From Octopus bimaculoides (lineage: Eukaryota), in the NCBI RefSeq assembly GCF_001194135.2, contig NC_068982.1, positions 185,912,752 through 185,946,251 on the forward strand: a stretch of DNA of 33,500 nucleotides, in the 5' to 3' direction. A program made the position numbers and the translations under genes. Of the stretch, positions 10,938 to 21,376 are shown piece by piece (the stretch's first letter is position 1; each line of letters begins with the position of its first letter). The notes under the pieces were generated by a model. That model had not been told where the DNA came from. It saw only the letters and a program-made list of their open reading frames with translations, and did no database searches.

Positions 10938-11936
10938 TTGTCTGTCTGTCTATTTGTCTGTCTTCTATCTGTCTATCTATTTATCTCAACCGGGAAGGCA
11001 AGGCACTCTTCATCGTACTGGTGGCCATGGTGAAATAATGTGTGTAGTGGATTCGAGCGAAAGGATTAGAGACAAACACTTAAATTTGTGGCCAATCGCT
11101 CGTCATATTGAAAGGGCATGTGGCCCATGAAAAGAAAATTGTAAGAGGCAAGTGCCTCATTTCAAAGACATGGTGTAAATTGAAATTGTGGCAAGAGGTT
11201 TATAGCCTCAATTGGTAAATTTATAAAAGAACAATGTTTTAGAGAAGCAGAGTTCGGCGGGAGACTTCTGCCTTCTCCCATTAATTTCATCGTGTTCATC
11301 ATTCATCTCATCTCATTAATGTCTTTGTCCAGCCCGCAGCGACTCTGTGTACTGCCCTCGTGGCAAACTAGGTGAATAAAAGTAGATAGATAGATAGACA
11401 ATTAGACAGACAGACAGACAGACAGACAGACATTTAGGTAGGTAGGTAGGTAGGTAAGTAGGTAGGTAGGNNNNNNNNNNNNNNNNNNNNNNNNNNNNNN
11501 NNNNNNNNNNNNNNNNNNNNNNNNNNNNNNNNNNNNNNNNNNNNNNNNNNNNNNNNNNNNNNNNNNNNNNNNNNNNNNNNNNNNNNNNNNNNNNNNNNNN
11601 NNNNNNNNNNNNNNNNNNNNNNNNNNNNNNNNNNNNNNNNNNNNNNNNNNNNNNNNNNNNNNNNNNNNNNNNNNNNNNNNNNNNNNNNNNNNNNNNNNNN
11701 NNNNNNNNNNNNNNNNNNNNNNNNGTGTGTGCGTGCGTGCGTGCGTGAGTGAATGTGAATGAACTCTACAGATGAAAATCGCTGAGAATAAATATTTATT
11801 TATAAATTTAATGATTTGTGACAAACTACAGTATGTTTCGATCTTATCGATCTTATGAAACGAGTGTGGTACAAGATTAAATTAGAGTACACACTGTAAT
11901 AGTATCCAGTTTTGGAGACAATGTACTTATAGATAG

Positions 11937-12003
<67 letters not shown>

Positions 12004-12064
12004 CATACATACATACATACATACATACATACATACATACATACATACATACAGACAGACAGAC

Positions 12065-12154
<90 letters not shown>

Positions 12155-12173
12155 GTAGATAGATAGATAGATA
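10753..12173. repeat. Tetranucleotide arrays: (TATC)/(TGTC) 10753-10985; (GATA)/(GACA)/(GGTA) 11385-11470; (GATA)/(CATA)/(GACA) 11930-12173; gap 11471-11723
   Basis: Direct reading. Confidence 0.9.
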
Positions 12174-12401
12174 AAGCTATAAATTTTTGGCGAGAGATAC
12201 TTGGGTTAAAAAACCCATTGGACAGAAAGGGCTTAATGGTTGCCTTCGACATTTTGCATCTAAGGGTTTTTGACTCAGTATTTACCCGCTAACATTCATA
12301 GCCTTCAAGTACCACCGTTGAAAGAAAATAAATTATTTTACGTCTCCCAATGTATCTTAATTCTTATGAGGTAAACAACAAACACACACATACACACTAC
12401 T

Positions 12402-12700
12402 GGCACTCCGTTGGTTACGACGACGAGGGTTCCAGTTGATCCGATCAACGGAACAGCCTGCTCGTGAAATTAATGTGCAAGTGGCTGAGTACTCCACAGA
12501 CACGCGTACCCTTAACGTAATTCGCAGGGAGATTCAGCGTGACACAGAGTGTGACAAGGCTGGCCCTTTGAAATACAGGTACTACTCATGTTTGCCAGCT
12601 GAGTGGACTGGAGCAACGTGGAATAAAGTGTCTTGCTCAAGGACACAACGCACCGCCGGGAATCGAACTCACGAACTTATGATCACAAAGCCACGCGACT
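12402..12700 (-). mobile_element. SINE family C (CORE-like head variant)
   Basis: Reverse complement ends ...GATCGGATCAACTGGAACCCTCGTCGTCGTAACCAACGGAGTGCC and is colinear with 19270-19441. Its 5' part has B-box-like GAGTTCGATTCCCGG and GTGTCCTTGAGCAAGACACTTT. Confidence 0.9.
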
Positions 12701-12895
12701 TCATGTATACACATGCACATACAAATATATAAGTATAATATATATATAGATCAAAACAGTTTGTTTCAAATTCGTTGGTACTCATGAGTTTCAAGCGTGA
12801 TACAAGTCGTCAGCCATTTTGAATTTGAATGACAGAAGTTGATTGTTATTACCGTAAGGTGGGTTTGTATAATATATATATTTATATAATATATA

Positions 12896-14286
12896 TTGGG
12901 TCATCCCATAAATAATACGATTTTTCAATACTTCGTTTATTTTTCAAAATTAAGATAAACAAACTTCTTTTTTAATCTAAAATATTCTCTCCTTCATTTT
13001 CTACAATGCTCTTCCAATCTATCTGGTATACTCGCAAGGCCCCCTCTTCCAAAATTCACTTGTCCGTGACGAAAAATACTCCTCCAGTACAGTTCTGACC
13101 TCATCTACAGAATTCATATTTTTTCTGTCCAAATGATTTTGAAGACTGCGGAATCAATGATAATCAGATGGGGCAATGTCCGGCGAATATGGTGGGTGGG
13201 GTTATTACTTCCCATTCAAACTGCTCCAGCCTTTCGAATGTCATCCTTGCTGTATGTGGCCGAGCATTATCCTGATGGAAGTACACCTTTTGTCTTGAAA
13301 CCAAAGATGGTCGTTTTTCTTCTAGCGCTGAATTAAGCCACTCAAGCTGTGGCAGGAGATCTCCTTGCTTAATGTTTGGTTTGGGTTTAAAAGTTCAAAG
13401 TGGACTAAACCTTTCATATCCCATCAAACAGTTAACAATACCTTACGTGGGTGAAGATCTTCTTTAGTCTGGGGTGCCGGTGTTTCTCATTTCCCTACCC
13501 ACGGTCTCCAGCGTTTGACATTTTTATAGAGANNNNNNNNNNNNNNNNNNNNNNNNNNNNNNNNNNNNNNNNNNNNNNNNNNNNNNNNNNNNNNNNNNNN
13601 NNNNNNNNNNNNNNNNNNNNNNNNNNNNNNNNNNNNNNNNNNNNNNNNNNNNNNNNNNNNNNNNNNNNNNNNNNNNNNNNNNNNNNNNNNNNNNNNNNNN
13701 NNNNNNNNNNNNNNNNNNNNNNNNNNNNNNNNNNNNNNNNNNNNNNNNNNNNNNNNNNNNNNNNNNNNNNNNNNNNNNNNNNNNNNNNNNNNNNNNNNNN
13801 NNNNNNNNNNNNNNNNNNNNNNNNNNNNNNNNNNNNNNNNNNNNNNNNNNNNNNNNNNNNNNNNNNNNNNNNNNNNNNNNNNNNNNNNNNNNNNNNNNNN
13901 NNNNNNNNNNNNNNNNNNNNNNNNNNNNNNNNNNNNNNNNNNNNNNNNNNNNNNNNNNNNNNNNNNNNNNNNNNNNNNNNNNNNNNNNNNNNNNNNNNNN
14001 NNNNNNNNNNNNNNNNNNNNNNNNNNNNNNNNNNNNNNNNNNNNNNNCGTTGTAGCCTTTATTGATCTCATAAAGCAAAATATGCCGAATATGCTCCCTT
14101 CTCACTTTCATTACAGCTTTGAAAACATAAGTGTTAAAATCGGACTGCACTCTTCAAAACTTGCACTAAGAATAAGTATAAAGTAAAATTACTACCTGCT
14201 TTTATAGCAATTTGATGCAGGTAGCTTATCCTCCTCTGACTTTTAGATTATGCAATTGAAAACAACCGCATTATTTATGGGATGAC

Positions 14287-14290
<4 letters not shown>
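12896..14290 (-). mobile_element. Full-length decayed mariner (D,D34D) DNA transposon
   Basis: 24-bp TIRs TTGGGTCATCCCATAAATAAT(A/G)CG at 12896-12919 and 14267-14290 (1 mismatch), with TA on both flanks. Transposase remnants lie on the minus strand; central 13533-14047 is gap. Confidence 0.95.
12972..14111 (-). pseudogene. mariner transposase pseudogene
   Basis: MKVRREHIRHILLYEINKG (ATG 14111), LYKNVKRWRPW, LHPRKVLLTV*WDMKG, VYFHQDNARPHTA, HPPYSPDIAPSDYH*FRSL. Frameshifts and in-frame stops are present. Confidence 0.9.
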
Positions 14291-14329
<39 letters not shown>

Positions 14330-14679
14330 GCACACACACATATATATGTACGTATATTTATATTGTATGTATGTAAGTATACATTAAATATAGATATTAA
14401 TTCATTAATTTGTGCTCCTTGAATATAAGTGTATATATGTGTGTGTATGTGAATGTGTGTGTATGTGTGTGTGTGTTAGTGTGTGCGTGCGCGCACGTTC
14501 TTGAAAGATAATACGTTAGTACTATATTTTATATTAGGATTAATTAAAATCTTGCTCGAGGTTAACAGATTTTCTGATTAAGTTCAGTATTTGTCTCCAT
14601 TGCAAGTAGTTTATTAATCCGGCCATAGAAATTATATCAAGACCTTCATGTATATGTACGTATGTATGTAATATATATG

Positions 14680-14731
<52 letters not shown>

Positions 14732-15005
14732 CAGACCCACATACAATATTTTTACTAATTCAAATATGCTTGTGGCATATTCGAACCCGTAAAGAATGTC
14801 ATTCACTGCATTTTGCCAAAGGGAAAATTTCTCGCTGTAGACACATAGGTATAAATACACCGAATGAGCTTACAGCGACCCCTAACAGGATGGTTGGATG
14901 CGTGCATTTGGGGGGGGGGGGTTATCTCCTTGAACTGGTAACAAATTTGTACTTATATATATATGTATATATATAGAGAGAGATAGATATATATATATAT
15001 ATATA

Positions 15006-15240
15006 CAGTAATCCCTCGACTATCGCGAGTGTTACGTTCCAAATCTCACCTCGATAGGAGTAAATCCGTAGAAACACTACTGTTCTGTATATTTTTATTA
15101 CTACTTTTATAATTTATATATATTTTATCATAAAAGCAAAACAACACCACAGAGGAATCGACGTAAGCTTAAATAATAAACCACGATAGGGGAACCGCGA
15201 TAGGCGAACCGCGATAGACGAACCGCGATAGGCGAACCGC
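15006..15240 (+). mobile_element. pogo/Tigger-like MITE, one terminus only, with 14-bp subterminal tandem repeats
   Basis: TA|CAGTAATCCCTCGACTATCGCG terminus. AACCGCGATAG(G/A)CG occurs about 4 times at 15181-15240, and CGCGATAG is the reverse complement of CTATCGCG (15020-15027). Second TIR absent. Confidence 0.65.
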
Positions 15241-16340
15241 CGCATTCAGGCTAGCTCCTGCGGAGGGCACCTTTGAGGCCTTTTGGCCTCACTATCTGGC
15301 CACTTGGAAACTTATTTCTGCAAATGTGCCGAGCACTGATGCTGATCATACTGTATTCAATAAGCGTAGGAGCGAGGTAAATGCAGCAAAAATAGGTGGG
15401 GCAGCAGGGCCCCATTTAAGCGGTCCTTCAGAAATTGAATCTTCTTACNNNNNNNNNNNNNNNNNNNNNNNNNNNNNNNNNNNNNNNNNNNNNNNNNNNN
15501 NNNNNNNNNNNNNNNNNNNNNNNNNNNNNNNNNNNNNNNNNNNNNNNNNNNNNNNNNNNNNNNNNNNNNNNNNNNNNNNNNNNNNNNNNNNNNNNNNNNN
15601 NNNNNNNNNNNNNNNNNNNNNNNNNNNNNNNNNNNNNNNNNNNNNNNNNNNNNNNNNNNNNNNNNNNNNNNNNNNNNNNNNNNNNNNNNNNNNNNNNNNN
15701 NNNNNNNNNNNNNNNNNNNNNNNNNNNNNNNNNNNNNNNNNNNNNNNNNNNNNNNNNNNNNNNNNNNNNNNNNNNNNNNNNNNNNNNNNNNNNNNNNNNN
15801 NNNNNNNNNNNNNNNNNNNNNNNNNNNNNNNNNNNNNNNNNNNNNNNNNNNNNNNNNNNNNNNNNNNNNNNNNNNNNNNNNNNNNNNNNNNNNNNNNNNN
15901 NNNNNNNNNNNNNNNNNNNNNNNNNNNNNNNNNNNNNNNNNNNNNNNNNNNNNNNNNNNNNNNNNNNNNNNNNNNNNNNNNNNNNNNNNNNNNNNNNNNN
16001 NNNNNNNNNNNNNNNNNNNNNNNNNNNNNNNNNNNNNNNNNNNNNNNNNNNNNNNNNNNNNNNNNNNNNNNNNNNNNNNNNNNNNNNNNNNNNNNNNNNN
16101 NNNNNNNNNNNNNNNNNNNNNNNNNNNNNNNNNNNNNNNNNNNNNNNNNNNNNNNNNNNNNNNNNNNNNNNNNNNNNNNNNNNNNNNNNNNNNNNNNNNN
16201 NNNNNNNNNNNNNNNNNNNNNNNNNNNNNNNNNNNNNNNNNNNNNNNNNNNNNNNNNNNNNNNNNNNNNNNNNNNNNNNNNNNNNNNNNNNNNNNNNNNN
16301 NNNNNNNNNNNNNNNNNNNNNNNNNNNNNNNNNNNNNNNN

Positions 16341-16375
<35 letters not shown>

Positions 16376-16384
16376 TTAATTGAT

Positions 16385-16519
16385 AGCAGTTTTGATTCCG
16401 AAAGAATGAAAAGCAAAAGCGACCCCGGCAGCATCTGAATTCGGAACGTGAAGGCGGACGAAATGCCGCTAAGCTTTTTTTTCCCCGGCGTGTTAACCGT
16501 TCTGCCAGCTCGCCGCCTT
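16385..16519 (-). mobile_element. SINE family B, 5' half
   Basis: Reverse complement reads AAGGCGGCGAGCTGGCAGAACGGTTAACACGCCGGG...CTTAGCGGCATTTCG...CTTTTCATTCTTTCGG. Confidence 0.8.
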
Positions 16520-16664
16520 AAACTGTAATTAAACAATACTAAATAACTCCTACCAAATTTGTTGGGTACTACTTCCTTTCGGATGTTAATTTGTGCTTAT
16601 ATCTATGGATACATACCTGCATACACACATACACCCATAAATCAACACTTACAAAACAAACACG

Positions 16665-17098
16665 TACATCCAGGCTATGCAGGGCTCTCAGGCTTTGTGT
16701 GAGGATACTGAAGGGCCGTGATTTTCAGAAACCAATGCTGTTGCAGTATCTGGTCCTGCATCCTGGTTGCAATGTTGAGATTTTTGGTACTATATAGTGG
16801 CACACTGTTCTGCAGTTTGTCAAAGTTAGGTACAACTTCTATGATTTTCCAGATGTATATCACTGCATATCTTTCCCGCCTTCGTTCTAAAGAGTAAGAG
16901 TCGTAACTTTTTCAGTCTCTCCCAGTAGTTGACATGTTGCATTGTGGCGATCTCCTTTGTGTAGCTTCGCTGGATTGGTTCGAGTCCTGTCGTTAATTTT
17001 ACACTGTGTAGTGAGTGTAGTTGGAAGCAGTAATCTAAACGGCTGTGAATGAAAGTCCTCCAGCGGACTACCATAGTTTCCTGTTCTCTCGTTCTAAA
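16665..17098 (-). mobile_element. CR1/L2-type LINE ORF2 C-terminal (post-RT) fragment, frameshifted
   Basis: FRTRE..TM...WRTFIHSRLDYCFQL...LEPIQRSYTKEI...YWERLKKLRL, then IYIWKII in a shifted frame and an RCRTRYCNSIGF-like stretch. This is the typical CR1/L2 region after the reverse transcriptase. Confidence 0.85.
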
Positions 17099-18104
17099 TA
17101 TATATATATATANNNNNNNNNNNNNNNNNNNNNNNNNNNNNNNNNNNNNNNNNNNNNNNNNNNNNNNNNNNNNNNNNNNNNNNNNNNNNNNNNNNNNNNN
17201 NNNNNNNNNNNNNNNNNNNNNNNNNNNNNNNNNNNNNNNNNNNNNNNNNNNNNNNNNNNNNNNNNNNNNNNNNNNNNNNNNNNNNNNNNNNNNNNNNNNN
17301 NNNNNNNNNNNNNNNNNNNNNNNNNNNNNNNNNNNNNNNNNNNNNNNNNNNNNNNNNNNNNNNNNNNNNNNNNNNNNNNNNNNNNNNNNNNNNNNNNNNN
17401 NNNNNNNNNNNNNNNNNNNNNNNNNNNNNNNNNNNNNNNNNNNNNNNNNNNNNNNNNNNNNNNNNNNNNNNNNNNNNNNNNNNNNNNNNNNNNNNNNNNN
17501 NNNNNNNNNNNNNNNNNNNNNNNNNNNNNNNNNNNNNNNNNNNNNNNNNNNNNNNNNNNNNNNNNNNNNNNNNNNNNNNNNNNNNNNNNNNNNNNNNNNN
17601 NNNNNNNNNNNNNNNNNNNNNNNNNNNNNNNNNNNNNNNNNNNNNNNNNNNNNNNNNNNNNNNNNNNNNNNNNNNNNNNNNNNNNNNNNNNNNNNNNNNN
17701 NNNNNNNNNNNNNNNNNNNNNNNNNNNNNNNNNNNNNNNNNNNNNNNNNNNNNNNNNNNNNNNNNNNNNNNNNNNNNNNNNNNNNNNNNNNNNNNNNNNN
17801 NNNNNNNNNNNNNNNNNNNNNNNNNNNNNNNNNNNNNNNNNNNNNNNNNNNNNNNNNNNNNNNNNNNNNNNNNNNNNNNNNNNNNNNNNNNNNNNNNNNN
17901 NNNNNNNNNNNNNNNNNNNNNNNNNNNNNNNNNNNNNNNNNNNNNNNNNNNNNNNNNNNNNNNNNNNNNNNNNNNNNNNNNNNNNNNNNNNNNNNNNNAT
18001 ATATATATATATATATATACAAGTACAAGTACATACAACTACATACAAACACACACACACATATATGCATACATGCTCACTTACCCACACATATACATTC
18101 ATAT

Positions 18105-18220
18105 GGCGAAGAGACAGGATTTTTGGAGCGTTGGGTAAAGGTGCCTATCGATATTTGTTCGCTCTCTGATCTGAGTTCAAATTCCACCGAAATCATAACT
18201 GCCTTTCTCTCTTTCTGAAT
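18105..18220 (+). mobile_element. SINE family B fragment, highly degenerate
   Basis: CTGAGTTCAAATTCCACCGA...CTGCCTTTC matches family B. Confidence 0.5.
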
Positions 18221-18478
18221 TCGTTAGAAAAGGACCAATCGAAGGTGAATCATTGGTAGAATGCCAAGAACTGGAACATGACGTTACAGTGTCTCTTCTT
18301 GTTCTTTGCACTCTGACAGCAACACCCGTAGCGACACTGAGTCCACGGTGTGTCGGTTGTCTTACTACCGGACTCTTTGGTGAGGGTGTAGAGAAGGAGA
18401 GACTTACATACTTGGCTAACTGTTGGTTTCAATAGGAAACCTTGTCCATGCCTGTGTCTAGAGAAAGTCCTCACTTTA

Positions 18479-18492
18479 AAGTCACGTGACTT
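18479..18492. promoter_or_regulatory. Perfect palindromic E-box AAGTCACGTGACTT (CLEAR / MiT-TFE / USF type)
   Basis: 14-bp palindrome containing GTCACGTGAC; a GTCACATGAC variant lies at 18607-18616. Motif only; function untested. Confidence 0.25.
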
Positions 18493-19070
18493 CGCGCTCA
18501 GTCTCATTGCACGGCACTTTTTTAATGAAATACCTCATATGGTTTTTGCCTGGGGGCTTTCAGTGCATCCCCATTTTCGCCAGAGATAAAACGGCCATGG
18601 CATCTAGTCACATGACCAAACCGCTTACCACTTGATTTCTTGCCTTTTGACAACTGACAGAAAAATTCGTTGGTTTGCAATTTCCTCAACAATTTCTTTC
18701 TTAACAATGTGGTTAGATCCATGTTGTATACATGAAATTCGAATCACCTTTCTACATTTTATTTTTTAAAAAGCAGTCATCGTTTTTTCTTTCATTCCTT
18801 TTCAACATCTCACGTCCATCATTTACAACTATAAATATTCAGTCGAAGCTACAATAGTCCTTTAAAAAAAAATTGTTTTTATTGCAGCAATATTTTTGTA
18901 AACAGGATCTAATTTTGCTAAAGCCACAGAAATTGCTATCGTCCAGCGTTGCATTATATTTGCTTCTTTTATCTCAAAAATTCATTAATATGCTTCCCAA
19001 ATATTTAAATTCACCAACTGTTGTGCATCTTCGGTTGGACTATTTCCTTGTTTTTACTTATTCTCATTGT

Positions 19071-19447
19071 GGAGGCGCAATGGCCCAGGGGTTAGGGCAG
19101 CGGACTCGCGGTTATAGGATCGCGGTTTCAATTCCCAAACTGAGCGTTGTGAGTGTTTGTTGAGCGAAAACACCTAAAGCTCCAGGAGGCATCCCCCAGT
19201 GGATGGTGGCGAACCCTGCTGTACTTTTTTATCACAACTTTCTCTTACTTCCTGTTTTTGTTGTACCTGTAATTCAAAGGGTCAGCCTTGTCACACTGTG
19301 TCACGCTGAATATCCCCGAGAACTACGTTAAGGGTATACGTGTCTGTGGGGTGCTCAGCCACTTGCACGTTAATTTCTCGAGCATGTTGTTCCAGTGATC
19401 GGATCAACTGGAACCCTCGACGTCGTAAGCGACGGAGTGCCAACACA
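19071..19447 (+). mobile_element. SINE family C (alternative tRNA-like head), full length
   Basis: Head GGAGGCGCAATGGCCCAGGGGTTAGG (A-box-like) and GGTTTCAATTCCC (B-box-like). The 3' half is shared with 12402-12580 and ends GACGGAGTGCCAACACA. Confidence 0.9.
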
Positions 19448-20534
19448 TTACTGCATTAATTTGCTTATTTCCATTCCGTATCTTTTTTCAGCCGCATCAT
19501 CGTGTCGTAAATTAGTCAAATCCTTATGTAAGTTTTATTAACTCAACACCATTGGCTAAACGGAGATTACCAACTTCCATATATCCTCCTCTAACATTTT
19601 CCTTCAAAAAAAAAAAAAAAAAAAAAAGCAGAAAGGCTTCCGTCATTTTGTTTTCTAGAAACCCCCTGAAAGGAAATAACACACCCTTGTCTGACACCAA
19701 CTTTTGTTTTTAAACCAGTTACTTGGTGACTTTCCAACCAAAACCAGACATTTTGCATGTTCATACAATAACTTTATAACTTTTACTCTTTCTCAGCTGA
19801 AAATGTTTTTAGGTTTTTTTTCCCCATAAAAATCTATAATGCCCCATGCCATGGTCAAAAGCTTTTTAAAAGTCAATGGAGTTGCGATAATGGTTAGACC
19901 AGTATTCCAAGTAGTTTTCTGCTAGAATAGAAATGCTAGAGAACTACTCAATACCGATTCTCCTACTTCTTGGAAACCAGCCGAAATTTCAACATCATGT
20001 TTATTGTTGGTTTCATACGAGGAAAGCCATCATTGGATGGCTAATTAAACTAATTGTGTAGAGCTATTTTAACACTTTTATGGTGTTTTCCCTTGTTTGG
20101 CAATAATATAACAATCGATTCTGCGCATTCAACGATCCCTTCTCCAGTATTTTAAAACATTATTATTACATACTTTAAAAAGAAACTTAGGGGCGTATTC
20201 AACTCCCTATATTTAACAGTTTTGCATTTATGTTATCTGATTCATATAATTTATTACATTATATAGGTTCCTAATTCTTGAGTTGTGCGATAAGTTCGTT
20301 CATTTTTTTCCATTTCTTTTAATCCTTATTTTTTATCAATAATTTTAACAGATCACTCAATAATATATTCTCCTTCGTTCTTCTCAACTTCCTGCCAATG
20401 TTCCACTAGCTTTTCAATGCCTTGAGAGTAGAAATCGCTGGGTCTTGGGAAGAAATGAACGAATAATATTCGAAGGAAATGAACGAATTTTTCTGACAAG
20501 CTGATACTTGCAAAGTTCACTAATTACTTACATG

Positions 20535-20815
20535 GATTAATGATTAAGATATTTGGCTCACAAATGTAAGGTTGTAAGTTCGATACCCGGCGGCGCGATG
20601 TGTCTCCTGAGCAAAACACTTTATTTCACGTTGCTCCAGTGAACTCAGCTGGCAAAAATGAGTTGCACATTTATTTCAAAGGGTCAGCCTTGTCGCAGTT
20701 TGTGTCATGCTGAATCTCCCTGAGGACTACGTTAAATAGTCTTTAGGGCTCAACCACATTCACGTTAATTTCAAGAGCAGTCTGTTCCGTTGATTGAATC
20801 AACTAGAACCCCCTG
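20535..20815 (+). mobile_element. SINE family C (CORE-like head variant), 3'-truncated at a hammerhead-bearing element
   Basis: AAGTTCGATACCCGG, GAGCAAAACACTTTATTTCACGTTGCTCCAG, TTCAAAGGGTCAGCCTTGTC...GAATCAACTAGAACCC. Confidence 0.85.
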
Positions 20816-20950
20816 TCTTTTGTTTCTAAAGAAGAGCTTTGCTCGAAACGTAAAACACCCTTTCTTTCCTTCTCTAAGCGTCTCATTAATACTTTGCAGA
20901 TACCCCGCCCTCGCGTTGTTTTTTTTTCGTGTCCTTTTTTCTTCATTTTA
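20812..20950 (+). mobile_element. Short Penelope-like (PLE) terminal-repeat-type element carrying a hammerhead motif, ending in (TA)n
   Basis: The region after the hammerhead (AGCGTCTCATTAATAC...CCTCGCGTTGTTTTTTTTCGT) is homologous to the minus-strand element at 21376-21566. Minimal hammerheads are an established hallmark of PLEs; the assignment itself is inference. Confidence 0.6.
20821..20857 (+). ncRNA. Minimal type I hammerhead ribozyme motif, probably inactive (G5A core)
   Basis: UGUUU-CUAAAGA-A-GAGC-UUU-GCUC-GAA-ACGU-A-AAACA: perfect 5-bp stem I, perfect 4-bp stem II, palindromic ACGU stem III. Confidence 0.65.
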
Positions 20951-21339
20951 TATATATATATATATATGTATATANNNNNNNNNNNNNNNNNNNNNNNNNN
21001 NNNNNNNNNNNNNNNNNNNNNNNNNNNNNNNNNNNNNNNNNNNNNNNNNNNNNNNNNNNNNNNNNNNNNNNNNNNNNNNNNNNNNNNNNNNNNNNNNNNN
21101 NNNNNNNNNNNNNNNNNNNNNNNNNNNNNNNNNNNNNNNNNNNNNNNNNNNNNNNNNNNNNNNNNNNNNNNNNNNNNNNNNNNNNNNNNNNNNNNNNNNN
21201 NNNNNNNNNNNNNNNNNNNNNNNNNNNNNNNNNNNNNNNNNNNNNNNNNNNNNNNNNNNNNNNNNNNNNNNNNNNNNNNNNNNNNNNNNNNNNNNNNNNN
21301 NNNNNNNNNNNNNNNNNNNNNNNNNNNNNNNNNNNNNNN

Positions 21340-21375
<36 letters not shown>

Positions 21376-21376
<1 letters not shown>

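Noticed and set aside
15181-15240. Short regularly spaced repeats as a possible CRISPR-like array
   Set aside because: 14-bp tandem units with no spacers, in a eukaryotic MITE context.
15272-15289. Hairpin TGAGGCC-TTTT-GGCCTCA resembling hammerhead stem II on the minus strand
   Set aside because: No CUGANGA or GAAA core in the right positions.
18250-18722. Three short ORFs in unique sequence
   Set aside because: No homology recognised, they overlap on both strands, and they lack splice support.
19071-19145. tRNA-like sequence as a genuine tRNA gene (also the heads of families A and B)
   Set aside because: Cloverleaf pairing is broken and each head continues into a SINE body.
20025-20054. 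AGCCATC-ATTG-GATGGCT hairpin followed by CTAA|T, like a Helitron 3' end
   Set aside because: No matching 5' TC end or second copy in the window; a 7-bp stem is expected by chance.
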